DNA of 64,000 nt from Bacteroidales bacterium (GTDB taxonomy: Bacteria; Bacteroidota; Bacteroidia; Bacteroidales; UBA10428): NCBI GenBank assembly GCA_046485045.1, contig JAWOHT010000200.1, forward strand, positions 40,213 to 104,212, given 5' to 3'. The translations under genes and the position numbers were made by a program. Below, in pieces: positions 29,601 to 38,097 of this stretch. Within the stretch, counting starts at the first letter, position 1. Each line of letters starts with the position of its first letter. The notes under the pieces are model-generated. The model was given only the letters and a program-made list of their open reading frames with translations, had not been told where the DNA came from and made no database searches.

Positions 29601-30370
29601 GCGATGAAGTAGCAAGCCTTGTTCAGGAATACAACCGAATGGTACAGGAGCTGCAAAAAAGCGCTGAACTACTGGCCAAGTCAGAACGCGAAAGTGCCTG
29701 GCGTGAAATGGCAAGGCAAATTGCCCATGAGATAAAAAACCCGCTCACTCCCATGCGTTTAACAATACAACATCTGCAACGTACCTGGAAAGACAAAAAT
29801 GAAAACTACGCCGAGATACATGAAAAGGTTACTCAAACATTAATCGAACAGATAGATAACCTCTCTAAGATTGCATCTGAATTTTCGAATTTTGCACAAA
29901 TGCCCAAAGCAAAAAACCAAAAACTTGACATTGAGCATATCATCAGGAATACCATCAGCCTGTTTTCAAACGCCCCCGGGGTAACCATCGGTTATAAACC
30001 CGCAATTAAAGGCCCGGTGTATGTCTTTGCCGACAAAGAACAGCTTGCAAGAGTCTTTATAAATCTCTTTAAAAATGCCGTTCAATCGGTTCCTGAAGAA
30101 AGGGCATGCAAAATTCTGGTAACGATTAACATAATCAACGGCAAAGTGCTTGCAAAAGTTGAAGACAATGGCAGGGGAATTCATGACGATGTGAAAACAA
30201 AACTATTCACTCCTAATTTCACTACCAAATCGAGTGGTATGGGTTTGGGGCTTGCTATTACTAAAGATATTATCGAAAACATCGGTGGAAGAATATATTT
30301 TGAAACATCGTGGGGGAAAGGGACAGTATTCTTTGTTGAATTACCCGAGTTTTCCGGAAATGAAGAATAA
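26699..30370 (+). CDS. Very large polytopic sensor histidine kinase (NtrY-like HAMP-HisKA-HATPase core)
   Basis: 1223-aa ORF with about 12 predicted TM helices interrupted by three large non-membrane regions. The core follows: TKPLRLLQEKF (HAMP-like), an H-box WREMARQIAHEIKNPLTPM, an N-box LFKNAVQS, G1 DNGRGI and G2 GMGLGLAI. Confidence 0.85.
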   Translation: MNTPLKYFIAFLLFFLSATFSGHIFSVITFGEKSVEKFQETLDEKYELLDKTIDALFNSGKIGPIDDFDKKGIIILIYKDNQLTSFTNNNILFPNYYDSLYYDSKLIFNNHAWYALKTYDYLQYKAVGWILIKKEFSYKNKYLENEFQSSFKIPASVSISEDKSDNAYEIRGYNGEYLFSLVFNNELKLPWLYKNLAFIFFLTGIILFLVFINTLLKRISDPVKKNYAIIALVIFMAGFRLAQTIFRFPAGLYSNDLFSPVIFANSELLPSLGDLLLNTVCIFYIIIKFDRDFFIHERFFQLREKGKNHINSLLIFTLILFFFYSRHIFSSLITNSNISFEVYKITSLNIYSFVGLIIIGMHFAGLVMLINKATIIGKETIRMEQFIFNFSIILILAVLFLYFAGETIDPYSVLFFFLLFLMLVIIRFKANTVYGYGILVLVVLVSSVYIVYFISATTIKKDRQNMKILVENLANEHDPIAELLFEEMSEELNSDSTLADMLFDMEVSYTELRSYLKNNYFKGFWGKYDFRFYDCRPIDSVVFKIPDEYSFHCYNYFGQYIGEKGMILPNSKFYFIDNTNGRINYLGIITYFKEGQEFPEISLFLELESTLVSEEFGYPELLLDSRLDVDSYLGEYAYAKYYQNNLITQSGEFHYSLARDIYGEQEKEYSFIRFDNYDHLIYNVNDINAIILSKPTINILNSLISFSYIFVFYYVCLLIVFAISKVATHGRKIQLNFKNKIQFAVFSILLLSLVLIGGGTIYFSLEQYQKKNFNNITEKIQSVYIELDHKLAYENKLDGSWSSESYSNLDQLLQKFADVFYTDINLYDQSGDLIATSRPEIFDRGLTGTKMNPLALNSLMIEKKAEFVHRENIGKLHYLSAYVPYINANNNLLAYLNLPYFTREAELRQEITNLAVAIVNIYSLLILLTIAVAVFISDTITKPLRLLQEKFSQVKLLKDHELIEYSGSDEVASLVQEYNRMVQELQKSAELLAKSERESAWREMARQIAHEIKNPLTPMRLTIQHLQRTWKDKNENYAEIHEKVTQTLIEQIDNLSKIASEFSNFAQMPKAKNQKLDIEHIIRNTISLFSNAPGVTIGYKPAIKGPVYVFADKEQLARVFINLFKNAVQSVPEERACKILVTINIINGKVLAKVEDNGRGIHDDVKTKLFTPNFTTKSSGMGLGLAITKDIIENIGGRIYFETSWGKGTVFFVELPEFSGNEE

Positions 30371-30520
30371 AAACCAAGATCAAATGACAAATAAAATAAT
30401 TATTTTTTAGAAAATCATTCTCAATTTATCATTCAAAATTCAGAGAATTAAGCCGGCCTATCGTTATAAATTATTGCGGTGATGTTGAAAATTTGTTAAT
30501 TATTAAATCTTTTAAATAGT

Positions 30521-30528
30521 TATATTTG
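30521..30528 (+). promoter_or_regulatory. Candidate Bacteroidetes -7 promoter box (TATATTTG) for the cargo operon
   Basis: Exact TAnnTTTG match 28 nt upstream of the ATG at 30556. A TTG lies at 30493-30495 in the expected -33 zone. The ORF-track TTG start (30526) falls inside this box. Confidence 0.4.
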
Positions 30529-30555
30529 GTTTTTACAAACAGTTTACCATTTCAG

Positions 30556-33500
30556 ATGCAGAAAAAAGTTATTGTAATATCAGTTTTGGTGTACACATTT
30601 TGTATTTCTTTTTCACAAGATACAATCACCGGAATTGTTAACCATTATCTGAAGGTTTTAGCGGTGGGTGCAGATGAGGTAAACTATGAAGATCATCCGG
30701 AAATTTCTTATTTTAAGGAGGGAGATAAGGTTTTACTGATACAGATGACAGGGGTAGAACTCGATATAACCGGTGGAACCGGCAACAGGGGTGAACCTGT
30801 ACGGGGATCAAAAACATCGGACAAAAACACGGGCAGATATGAGATTCTTCGGGTTGAGGAGGTAGATATTATTAACAAAAAAATTATTTTCACCTCCAGC
30901 CTTATGAACACCTATAACAGTGGAGAAAAAATTCAACTCGTGCGCGTGCTTGAATGTGAAAACAACGCCGTTATAAGTGGCACAGTTACTGCCAAAGACT
31001 GGGATGGAAATTCGGGGGGTATTCTTATTCTTATCGTTTACGATACGCTTCGCTTCGAAGGCAATATAGATGTTTCTAACAAAGGCTTCAGGGGCGCTTC
31101 ACCAGAAACTGGTTATACCGGAGGATGCCGTCCGGCTAATGATACTGTGAATTTTCTGGCTGCTGAAACAAACAGGGCCGGAAACAAGGGAGAAGGCAAT
31201 GTAAGTACAACTTTTCCATATACCAAAGGATGTTTTTTTGCTTCTTCAGGCGGCGGTGGCGGAAACGGTTTATTTTCGGGTGGCGGCGGTGGCAGCAATT
31301 TTGGTGACGGTGGAAATGGCGGAAGACAAGAGGCTTCTTGTATTGCTGTTCCCCCTTTGGCTATGGGGGGGCTGAATGCAAACGACCTTTACAGTAATAA
31401 TTGCATTACTATGGGCGGTGGTGGCGGCACCGGGGTGCAAAGCACAGGTACAACAGCCTCCAATGGAGGAAATGGCGGGGGTATAGTAATCATCGCAGCC
31501 AATATGGTGATTGGCAATAACCGTACTATACTCGCAAGAGGAGAAGATGTTACCGGCGGACCTTATAATGCCAGCGGCGGTGGCGGCGGGGCCGGGGGAA
31601 CAGTACTGCTTGATGCTTCATCCTTTTCAGGCAATCTGAATATCTCGGTGAAAGGGGGTAAGGGCGGAAATACCGGTACCAATTGCAAAGGTTCCGGTGG
31701 CGGCGGAGGCGGTGGCTTGTTCTGGATTTCCGGTCAGGATATTACATCCTTTACCTGTGATACTTCAGGGGGAGCCCCGGGAATAGTGTCGTCATGTGTA
31801 CCCACAACAACGGGTTATCCGGGACAATCCGGCAAAACAAATATATCACTGAGGTTACCACTAAACGGCTTTTTATTTAATGTGATAAGGGGAAAAGATA
31901 CGCTTTGTGCCGGTCAGCAACCTAAAATCATTACAGGTAGTAATCCTAAGGGCGGAGATGGAAATTACACCTTTGAATGGGAACAAAGCCCTGATATGTC
32001 AACCTGGATAAATGCTGCCGGTTCGGGCGCCAACCAGCGCGATTTTACACCTGTACCACTCAATAACACAACCTATTTCAGAAGAATAGTCAGCGTTGGC
32101 GGTATCACACCACAGGCAGACACCGTAAGTAAAGTTATTGAAATCTATGTCTATCCTGCAATATCCAATACTGAAATTTCCGGCACCGATACCATTTGTT
32201 ATAATCTTACGGCTTTACCGGTAACAGGAAGCCAGCCTGCCGGCGGAGACAATACAAATTACACTTACCAGTGGCAGACAAGCCTAAACTCAATCAACTG
32301 GAATGATGCCGGCAGTCTGCTTACTACCAATCAACCCTATCTTCCCGGACAATTAAATGCCACAAGGTATTATAGAAGGTTTGTTACTTCAACCAAATTC
32401 TGTTCGGGTTACAGCGACACTGTTTGTATTACCGTGTTGTCTTCAATTTCCAATAATTATTTCAAACCAATGGCAGACACTACTATCTGCCAGGGTTTGG
32501 CGCCGGGGGTTATACGTGCCGAACAGCCCACTAACGGCGATGGGGTTTATACCTACCAATGGCAGAAGAAAGATGTTTCGGGTTGGGAAGATATACCATT
32601 AAGTAATACTAAAGAATATACAACAGGGCCAATTACAACATCAACCCAGTACAGACGTATTGTTTTCTCCGGTAACGATAAAGCCTGCATCGATACATCA
32701 TCCGATATTAAAAATATTATAGTTTTGGCAGCTATTGCCAATAATAGTATTTCAACCGATTCTTCAAGATACTGTTACGGTGATGTACCCCGAATAATCA
32801 ATGGTTCAGCCCCTTCAGGAGCCAACGGACCAGGGTCATACGCTTACAAATGGCTGATAAATGAAGGTACAGGATGGAATGAAATCGCTAATGCAACAGA
32901 CATTCACCATGCGCATTCAACTCTTACACAAATATCTGAATTTAAGCGCATTGTAATTTCAGGAATGTATGGCGCATGTAAAGATACTACTGCCCCACTC
33001 TATATCACTGTAATACCTGCAATAATAAACAATCATGGACTTGATGCACAGGCCGTCTGCGAAAACAATGCCCCTCTGCCTTTTTCACCTCCTGCTGCAA
33101 CAGGCGGCACCGGGTCATTTGTTTATAAATGGCTTATAAGGCCCGAAGGCGCTGCAACATGGTATGAAGCGCCCGGGGTGAATGACCAGACTGGTTATGC
33201 ATCTCCTGCATTGACAGACTCTGCCGTTTTCGCCAGGAGGGTGGTTACCGATATCTGTGCAGATACCAGCGAGACTGTTGAAGTACATGTTTATAAAAGA
33301 ATTAAAAACAATATTATTACCGGTAATAGTTTAAAATACACTTGTTACAATTCGCCCGAACCACTTGCCGGGTCTTTTCCTCTTGACGGTAAACACAATG
33401 ATTACATGTACCTCTGGCAGATGGCCTATACCACCGATGCATGGACAGATGCCGCGGGAAATACATCTAATAACTTACAGAATTTTGAGACCGAAAACCT

Positions 33501-34656
33501 TACCTCCCCAAAATATTACCGTAGAATTGTATTTTCATCTGCCCAGGGTGCAGAATGTGTTGATACCAGCAATTATGTGCAGGTGTTGATTAACCAGATA
33601 CCCTCGGGAGATATTCTGTCTTCGAAAGATACAACATGCGAAGGGGGAAATATTAAAATAAAATTTAACATTTCAGGCGATCACGGGCCCTGGAATGTAA
33701 CTTTTGGTGACGAAACGGCGATAGGTTCAAAAATAACAACTGCCGCAGGCATAGATTCTGCAGAATTTTTATTCAACACCTCCCAGAATGTCCGCATTTT
33801 GTCTATAGAAGACGACAGCGGGTGTTTTGCAGACCTCTCGGCTACAACCGGACAGGTGAATATAAAAGTTTTTGAAATTCCCGAAGCCAATGCCGGGGAG
33901 AATGCCGAGATATGCGATACACGTTACACCCTTGAAGCGGCCAAAAGTTTACCCAATACAACCGGATTGTGGCAATCATCGCTGGGGGATTTTGATAATG
34001 TTTTGCTGGAAAATGCTACTTTAAATATTAAACCTTTTGATGACGGAAAGTTGAACGGTTGGGCAAAGTGGACCGAAACCAACTGGAGATGTACCGATTC
34101 AGACAGCGTGTACCTGATATTCTATGAACAGCCACCCGAAGTTGATGCGGGTGCAGACAAAACACTCGAATTTGTTTTTCAAACATCACTCGAAGCAATC
34201 CCGCAACTGTTTGGAAGTAGCAAATGGACTGTATCTAAAGGCAATGCAGATTTTGATAACGATTCACTTCCCGGCGCTTTTGTCAGCGGGCTTGAGTGGG
34301 ACAATGTGCTTAAATGGACAGTTACAAACGGCACTTGTCCTTCTGTTTCTGACAGTGTGAATATCTTTGTCAACGACCTGAAGTTGCCCAACGGATTTGC
34401 CCCCAATAATGGCTCTATGGATGTATTCAAAGTGGAGATTGAAAATGCCGAGAAAATTGAACTGATTATTTTTAACCGTCTGGGGCAGGTTGTTTTTGAG
34501 GAAACCAATTACACCGAGGGTAATTTCTGGGATGGTACCAACCGGAAGAATAATACAGAATTACCCGAAGGCACCTATTTTTATGTGTTAAAGGTTAAAA
34601 TAGCGGGCAAAAGTGAAATGAAACCTAAAAAAAGTTATATCGAACTGCTGAGATAA
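30556..34656 (+). CDS. Giant secreted/cell-surface protein with a T9SS type-B (gliding-motility-associated, CHU_C-type) C-terminal sorting domain
   Basis: The ATG at 30556 gives the signal peptide MQKKVIVISVLVYTFCISFSQ. A Gly-rich segment follows (SSGGGGGNGLFSGGGGGSNFGDGGNGG...GGGGGAGGTVLLDAS...KGGKGGN...SGGGGGGG), then six ~96-aa Cys-containing repeats. The C-terminus is LPNGFAPNNGSMDVFKVE...LIIFNRLGQVVFE...WDGTN...LPEGTYFYVLKV...SYIELLR. Confidence 0.85.
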   Translation: MQKKVIVISVLVYTFCISFSQDTITGIVNHYLKVLAVGADEVNYEDHPEISYFKEGDKVLLIQMTGVELDITGGTGNRGEPVRGSKTSDKNTGRYEILRVEEVDIINKKIIFTSSLMNTYNSGEKIQLVRVLECENNAVISGTVTAKDWDGNSGGILILIVYDTLRFEGNIDVSNKGFRGASPETGYTGGCRPANDTVNFLAAETNRAGNKGEGNVSTTFPYTKGCFFASSGGGGGNGLFSGGGGGSNFGDGGNGGRQEASCIAVPPLAMGGLNANDLYSNNCITMGGGGGTGVQSTGTTASNGGNGGGIVIIAANMVIGNNRTILARGEDVTGGPYNASGGGGGAGGTVLLDASSFSGNLNISVKGGKGGNTGTNCKGSGGGGGGGLFWISGQDITSFTCDTSGGAPGIVSSCVPTTTGYPGQSGKTNISLRLPLNGFLFNVIRGKDTLCAGQQPKIITGSNPKGGDGNYTFEWEQSPDMSTWINAAGSGANQRDFTPVPLNNTTYFRRIVSVGGITPQADTVSKVIEIYVYPAISNTEISGTDTICYNLTALPVTGSQPAGGDNTNYTYQWQTSLNSINWNDAGSLLTTNQPYLPGQLNATRYYRRFVTSTKFCSGYSDTVCITVLSSISNNYFKPMADTTICQGLAPGVIRAEQPTNGDGVYTYQWQKKDVSGWEDIPLSNTKEYTTGPITTSTQYRRIVFSGNDKACIDTSSDIKNIIVLAAIANNSISTDSSRYCYGDVPRIINGSAPSGANGPGSYAYKWLINEGTGWNEIANATDIHHAHSTLTQISEFKRIVISGMYGACKDTTAPLYITVIPAIINNHGLDAQAVCENNAPLPFSPPAATGGTGSFVYKWLIRPEGAATWYEAPGVNDQTGYASPALTDSAVFARRVVTDICADTSETVEVHVYKRIKNNIITGNSLKYTCYNSPEPLAGSFPLDGKHNDYMYLWQMAYTTDAWTDAAGNTSNNLQNFETENLTSPKYYRRIVFSSAQGAECVDTSNYVQVLINQIPSGDILSSKDTTCEGGNIKIKFNISGDHGPWNVTFGDETAIGSKITTAAGIDSAEFLFNTSQNVRILSIEDDSGCFADLSATTGQVNIKVFEIPEANAGENAEICDTRYTLEAAKSLPNTTGLWQSSLGDFDNVLLENATLNIKPFDDGKLNGWAKWTETNWRCTDSDSVYLIFYEQPPEVDAGADKTLEFVFQTSLEAIPQLFGSSKWTVSKGNADFDNDSLPGAFVSGLEWDNVLKWTVTNGTCPSVSDSVNIFVNDLKLPNGFAPNNGSMDVFKVEIENAEKIELIIFNRLGQVVFEETNYTEGNFWDGTNRKNNTELPEGTYFYVLKVKIAGKSEMKPKKSYIELLR
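31876..33597 (+). repeat. Six tandem protein-level repeats (~96 aa each) inside the cargo gene
   Basis: Each unit follows the pattern C-x(5-8)-(I/L)xG-x-P-xGG-x-G-xYxYxW-(Q/L)-...-W-...-(Y/F)(R/K)R(I/F/V)V-...-C-x-D-(T/S). Examples are LCAGQQPKIITGSNPKGGDGNYTFEWEQ...TYFRRIV and ICQGLAPGVIRAEQPTNGDGVYTYQWQK...TQYRRIVF. The repeats are divergent at the DNA level. Confidence 0.75.
34384..34653 (+). other. Type-B T9SS C-terminal sorting domain (domain annotation within the cargo CDS)
   Basis: The terminal ~90 aa match the pattern recalled for the gliding-motility-associated C-terminal domain: PNxFxPNxxG.ND.F.I......L.IFNRWGQ.VF.....WDG......LP.GTYFY.L. Confidence 0.75.
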
Positions 34657-34657
34657 G

Positions 34658-35575
34658 ATGTATCAAAAAATTTATATATTGACCGTTCTGCTTTTCATTT
34701 TCGCCTTAAAAGGGAGATGTCAGGACCGTTCTATTCTAAACAGCCAGTACCAGTTCAACGGGATGGTGATCAATCCGGCGTATGCCGGGCGCAACGAGGT
34801 TTCAACCTTTTTGTTTTCATACCGTAACCAATGGATGGGTTTTGAAGGCGCCCCTAAGGCTTATACGCTTAGCCTGCACTGGCCCATGAAAAATATTAAA
34901 ACCGCCCTGGGCGTGTTGGGCTACCAGGAAGAGATCGGGCCGAGAAAATCTTCGAGCGTTTACTTTAACTATGCACACAGGATAGTTTTAGGAAATGGCA
35001 AATTGTCAATGGGACTCAGGGGAGGGATAACATCGGGCAGGTTCGAAATGATTGACCTTGGAAACGGTGAATTTGTTTTTGATGATAAACTTCAAAACTT
35101 TCTTCTACCAAATTTTGGATTGGGTACCTATTATTACAACCGTAATTTTTTTGCGGGTTTTTCCATACCCCTGCTCCTGGGTTATAGAGTAGAAGATAAG
35201 TCGAAAGGGTTGCAAGTTTACCACGATTTCATTAACTACAGTTATTGCTTTACTGCGGGCTATTCATTCCCTATAAACAATATTTTAAGGCTTCAACCTT
35301 CAACCTTAATAAGTTATCAAAAGAGCTATTCGTTTTTTACCGATATCAACATGAACCTTATATACAAGGATATTTTCATGGGGGGACTATCTTACAGGCC
35401 AGACGAAGCATTCATTTTTTTATTTAACTGGAAAATGAATTATCAGTCAAGGCTTGGTGTTTCATACGACTTCGGAATGGGAAATTTGAGTAAATATCAT
35501 AGTGGTTCGCTTGAATTTACTTTTCAATATGAATTTGGATATAAAATAAAGGTAACTGATCCGGGAAACTTTTAA
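34658..35575 (+). CDS. PorP/SprF-family T9SS membrane protein (cargo-dedicated paralogue)
   Basis: 305-aa ORF starting 1 nt after the cargo stop. It has a signal peptide and the family signature QYQFNGMVINPAYAGRNE...YRNQWMGFEGAPKAY. Confidence 0.85.
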   Translation: MYQKIYILTVLLFIFALKGRCQDRSILNSQYQFNGMVINPAYAGRNEVSTFLFSYRNQWMGFEGAPKAYTLSLHWPMKNIKTALGVLGYQEEIGPRKSSSVYFNYAHRIVLGNGKLSMGLRGGITSGRFEMIDLGNGEFVFDDKLQNFLLPNFGLGTYYYNRNFFAGFSIPLLLGYRVEDKSKGLQVYHDFINYSYCFTAGYSFPINNILRLQPSTLISYQKSYSFFTDINMNLIYKDIFMGGLSYRPDEAFIFLFNWKMNYQSRLGVSYDFGMGNLSKYHSGSLEFTFQYEFGYKIKVTDPGNF

Positions 35576-35578
35576 AAT

Positions 35579-37018
35579 ATGCGGAAATACAATTACCATA
35601 TTATCGCAATATTTATTTTTCATGCAATTCTCATGCAATCCTTTGCGCAGAAATATTTCACTGTTCAGAAGCTTTCTTTAAGCAATCCGCAAAGCGATGC
35701 ATATGCACCTATGTTTTTCGGGAATGACCTTGTTTTTGTTTCAAACCGGAAAAATGATGTTTTTATTACCCACACCGATATGAGCGACAGGCCGTTGAAC
35801 AACATCTATCTCGTAAATCAGCGGAAACCGGGCAAATTCGGTTCGATGCAACTGTTTTCAAAAGATGTATCAACAAGGTACAACGAAGGCCCCGTATCTT
35901 TCAGCAAAGATGGTAAAACCATGTATTTTTCCCGTACCGTTGATGTTTCAAGAGGTTTCGGCAACAGCCTCGGGGGAGATACCACCCTGGGAATCTGGAC
36001 AGCCGAACTTGTGGACAGAAACTGGGTAAATATTAAACCCATTCAAAGATTCAACAGGCCTAATTTCAATCACAGTTTTCCTTTTATTACCGAAGACGGC
36101 AAACAGCTTTTCTTTGCTTCTGACGACCCAAAAGGTCTGGGAGGATATGACATTTATGTGTCAAAACTTGAAAGCGGGGGATGGGGACCTGCACAAAACC
36201 TTGGCAATAAAATCAATACTAAAGAAAACGATATTTTTCCATTTTACCATTCAAGCGGCAGACTGTATTTTTCGTCGCGCGGGCATGATGATAATTCAGA
36301 TCTTGATATTTTTTATTCGGAACTGATAGACGGGGTATTGCAGGATCCAATAAAATTGCCTGCGCCTTTTAATACAAATTCAGATGATTTCAGCTTCATC
36401 ATTAATTCAACAATGGACACGGGCTTCTTTGCATCAAACCGCTCGCAATCGCGTGATATTTATATGTTTAATTCAACCCTGCCGGTTTTCACAAATTGTC
36501 CCGGGCAACAGGAGAATGATTATTGTTATATATTCTATGAGCAGGGAAGCATAGACCTTGATACAACCACTTTTAGTTATGAATGGGACTTGGGTGACGG
36601 CACAAAAATACGCGACCTTGAAGCCAACCATTGTTATAAGAAACCCGGACTATACAATATAAAACTAAATGTAATTGATACGCTTACAGGTGAGGTTTAT
36701 TTCAGCCAGGCAGAATATGAACACCTGGTAGAAGAGATTGTACAACCCTATATAACAATGCCCGACACCATTTCGGTATCCCGGGAGGTTGCTTTCGATG
36801 CAAATAAAACGCACCTTTTGAACTTCGATATCGAAAATTATTATTGGGATTTCGGAGACGGAACCAGGGCTACCGGTGTATCAGTCAATCATGTGTATAC
36901 AAAACCGGGGTCTTTTATGATTCAACTTGGTATAACAAGTACCACAACCGGTGAAAACCAGACACCGCAGCAAAGGTGTGTTGTAAGACCACTGATTGTG
37001 GTCAGGGAAAGTAACTGA
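35579..37018 (+). CDS. Secreted protein with TolB-like PD40 repeats and two C-terminal PKD domains
   Basis: 479-aa ORF starting 3 nt after the preceding stop, with a signal peptide ending SFAQ. PD40-like blades are EGPVSFSKDGKTMYFS, FPFITEDGKQLFFASDD..GGYDIYV and FPFYHSSGRLYFSS. PKD hallmarks are WDLGDGT...YKKPGLYNIKL and WDFGDGT...YTKPGSFMIQL. No OmpA-like C-terminus is present. Confidence 0.7.
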   Translation: MRKYNYHIIAIFIFHAILMQSFAQKYFTVQKLSLSNPQSDAYAPMFFGNDLVFVSNRKNDVFITHTDMSDRPLNNIYLVNQRKPGKFGSMQLFSKDVSTRYNEGPVSFSKDGKTMYFSRTVDVSRGFGNSLGGDTTLGIWTAELVDRNWVNIKPIQRFNRPNFNHSFPFITEDGKQLFFASDDPKGLGGYDIYVSKLESGGWGPAQNLGNKINTKENDIFPFYHSSGRLYFSSRGHDDNSDLDIFYSELIDGVLQDPIKLPAPFNTNSDDFSFIINSTMDTGFFASNRSQSRDIYMFNSTLPVFTNCPGQQENDYCYIFYEQGSIDLDTTTFSYEWDLGDGTKIRDLEANHCYKKPGLYNIKLNVIDTLTGEVYFSQAEYEHLVEEIVQPYITMPDTISVSREVAFDANKTHLLNFDIENYYWDFGDGTRATGVSVNHVYTKPGSFMIQLGITSTTTGENQTPQQRCVVRPLIVVRESN

Positions 37019-37107
37019 TTTTAAAAAAAATATCTTTTGGATCGAACTTTGCAGGTATAATTGCGTAAAGTGTTATTATGAGAAAAATTAATTATAATTA
37101 ATTGTTT

Positions 37108-38076
37108 ATGAGGCATATTTTTTATTGCATCACAGCCTGTTTCATACTAATCCCAAATACATATGGCCAGCCTGTGCCGGCAGGGGATGAAAACATTCCT
37201 TACCTGATGACATTTGGCCCAAAAGCAGAAAAATCATGGGGCGATGATGATTTTTCACAAACATTTTTTTTCAGGATACCCAAAGATTTTAAAGAACCCA
37301 TATATATCAAAGTTTATGATCCGGATGTAGGCGGGGCTCTTGATGAACTTAACGGTGTTTGGGATACAAAAACAACCTTTTCTGTATTCGGGGGCAAAGA
37401 GTGTTTTACCCACAAAGATGCACAGGAAACCCAACCGGTTGGCAATTACAAAAGCGGTAATCTGCTGGCAACAAAAACATTTGGTGAAGATGCACGTTAC
37501 GACAAAGGATGGTACACTTTTGGTCCTTTCAATCCTTCCGAAGGAGAGTTTGTATCAAAATTCGACGGTTACATTTTCAAGATTGTGGCAGATGGAATTG
37601 CCGGAGACGATGGAAATTTGTACAGGTATTACCTAAGCACAAGCTACAGTGAAAACAAACCTATCGAAGGAGCCAACGCATTTACCTATGAATACTCTTT
37701 CAGGATGCATGATGATCCTAACGAGGTGTCACATATTTATCCGTATGTTGACGATAGGACAATTAGCGTAAAATTGTCGAACTTCGACTGGGACAGCGAC
37801 GGATTTATCAGAACAGTATCTGTGGCAAGGCAGGGACAGATAAGTAAAGTATCTGGTGATAACGAATGGGTGGAAGATGAGTTTAAAATACTCGATGAGG
37901 AACGTAATAAATCACTTGATATTCAGTTTATTAAAAGAAGAAATCTGCCTGTAAAGAACAACAATGTTGTTATAAATATACGAAACCAATACGGGGAACT
38001 GCTTCCATTCTTTGTCATTCCAATCGGAGGGGTTCCTAAATACAAATATTCCATTGGCACCAAAAAACCAAATTAA
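37108..38076 (+). CDS. Secreted protein of unknown function
   Basis: About 322 aa from the ATG at 37108 (the ORF-track start at 37102 is a TTG). It has a signal peptide ending NTYGQP. It is acidic and aromatic-rich with no motif I recognise. It ends 21 nt before the ATG of the downstream sensor phosphatase. Confidence 0.6.
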   Translation: MRHIFYCITACFILIPNTYGQPVPAGDENIPYLMTFGPKAEKSWGDDDFSQTFFFRIPKDFKEPIYIKVYDPDVGGALDELNGVWDTKTTFSVFGGKECFTHKDAQETQPVGNYKSGNLLATKTFGEDARYDKGWYTFGPFNPSEGEFVSKFDGYIFKIVADGIAGDDGNLYRYYLSTSYSENKPIEGANAFTYEYSFRMHDDPNEVSHIYPYVDDRTISVKLSNFDWDSDGFIRTVSVARQGQISKVSGDNEWVEDEFKILDEERNKSLDIQFIKRRNLPVKNNNVVINIRNQYGELLPFFVIPIGGVPKYKYSIGTKKPN

Positions 38077-38097
38077 TGACAAGCAAATAATTTGAAA

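Noticed and set aside
30526-30555. N-terminal extensions proposed by the ORF track. These are TTG starts at 30526, 7601, 37102 and 38092, and upstream ATGs at 53704, 60646, 61887, 50258 and 58270.
   Set aside because: In each case a downstream ATG gives a canonical signal peptide, lipobox or conserved family N-terminus. Several extensions also overlap neighbouring genes or a predicted promoter box. The shorter starts were used.
31876-33597. A periodic ~290-bp structure that might be a DNA tandem repeat or an array.
   Set aside because: The periodicity is at the protein-domain level. The six units are strongly diverged at the nucleotide level and lie within one continuous ORF. This is not a CRISPR array or a satellite.
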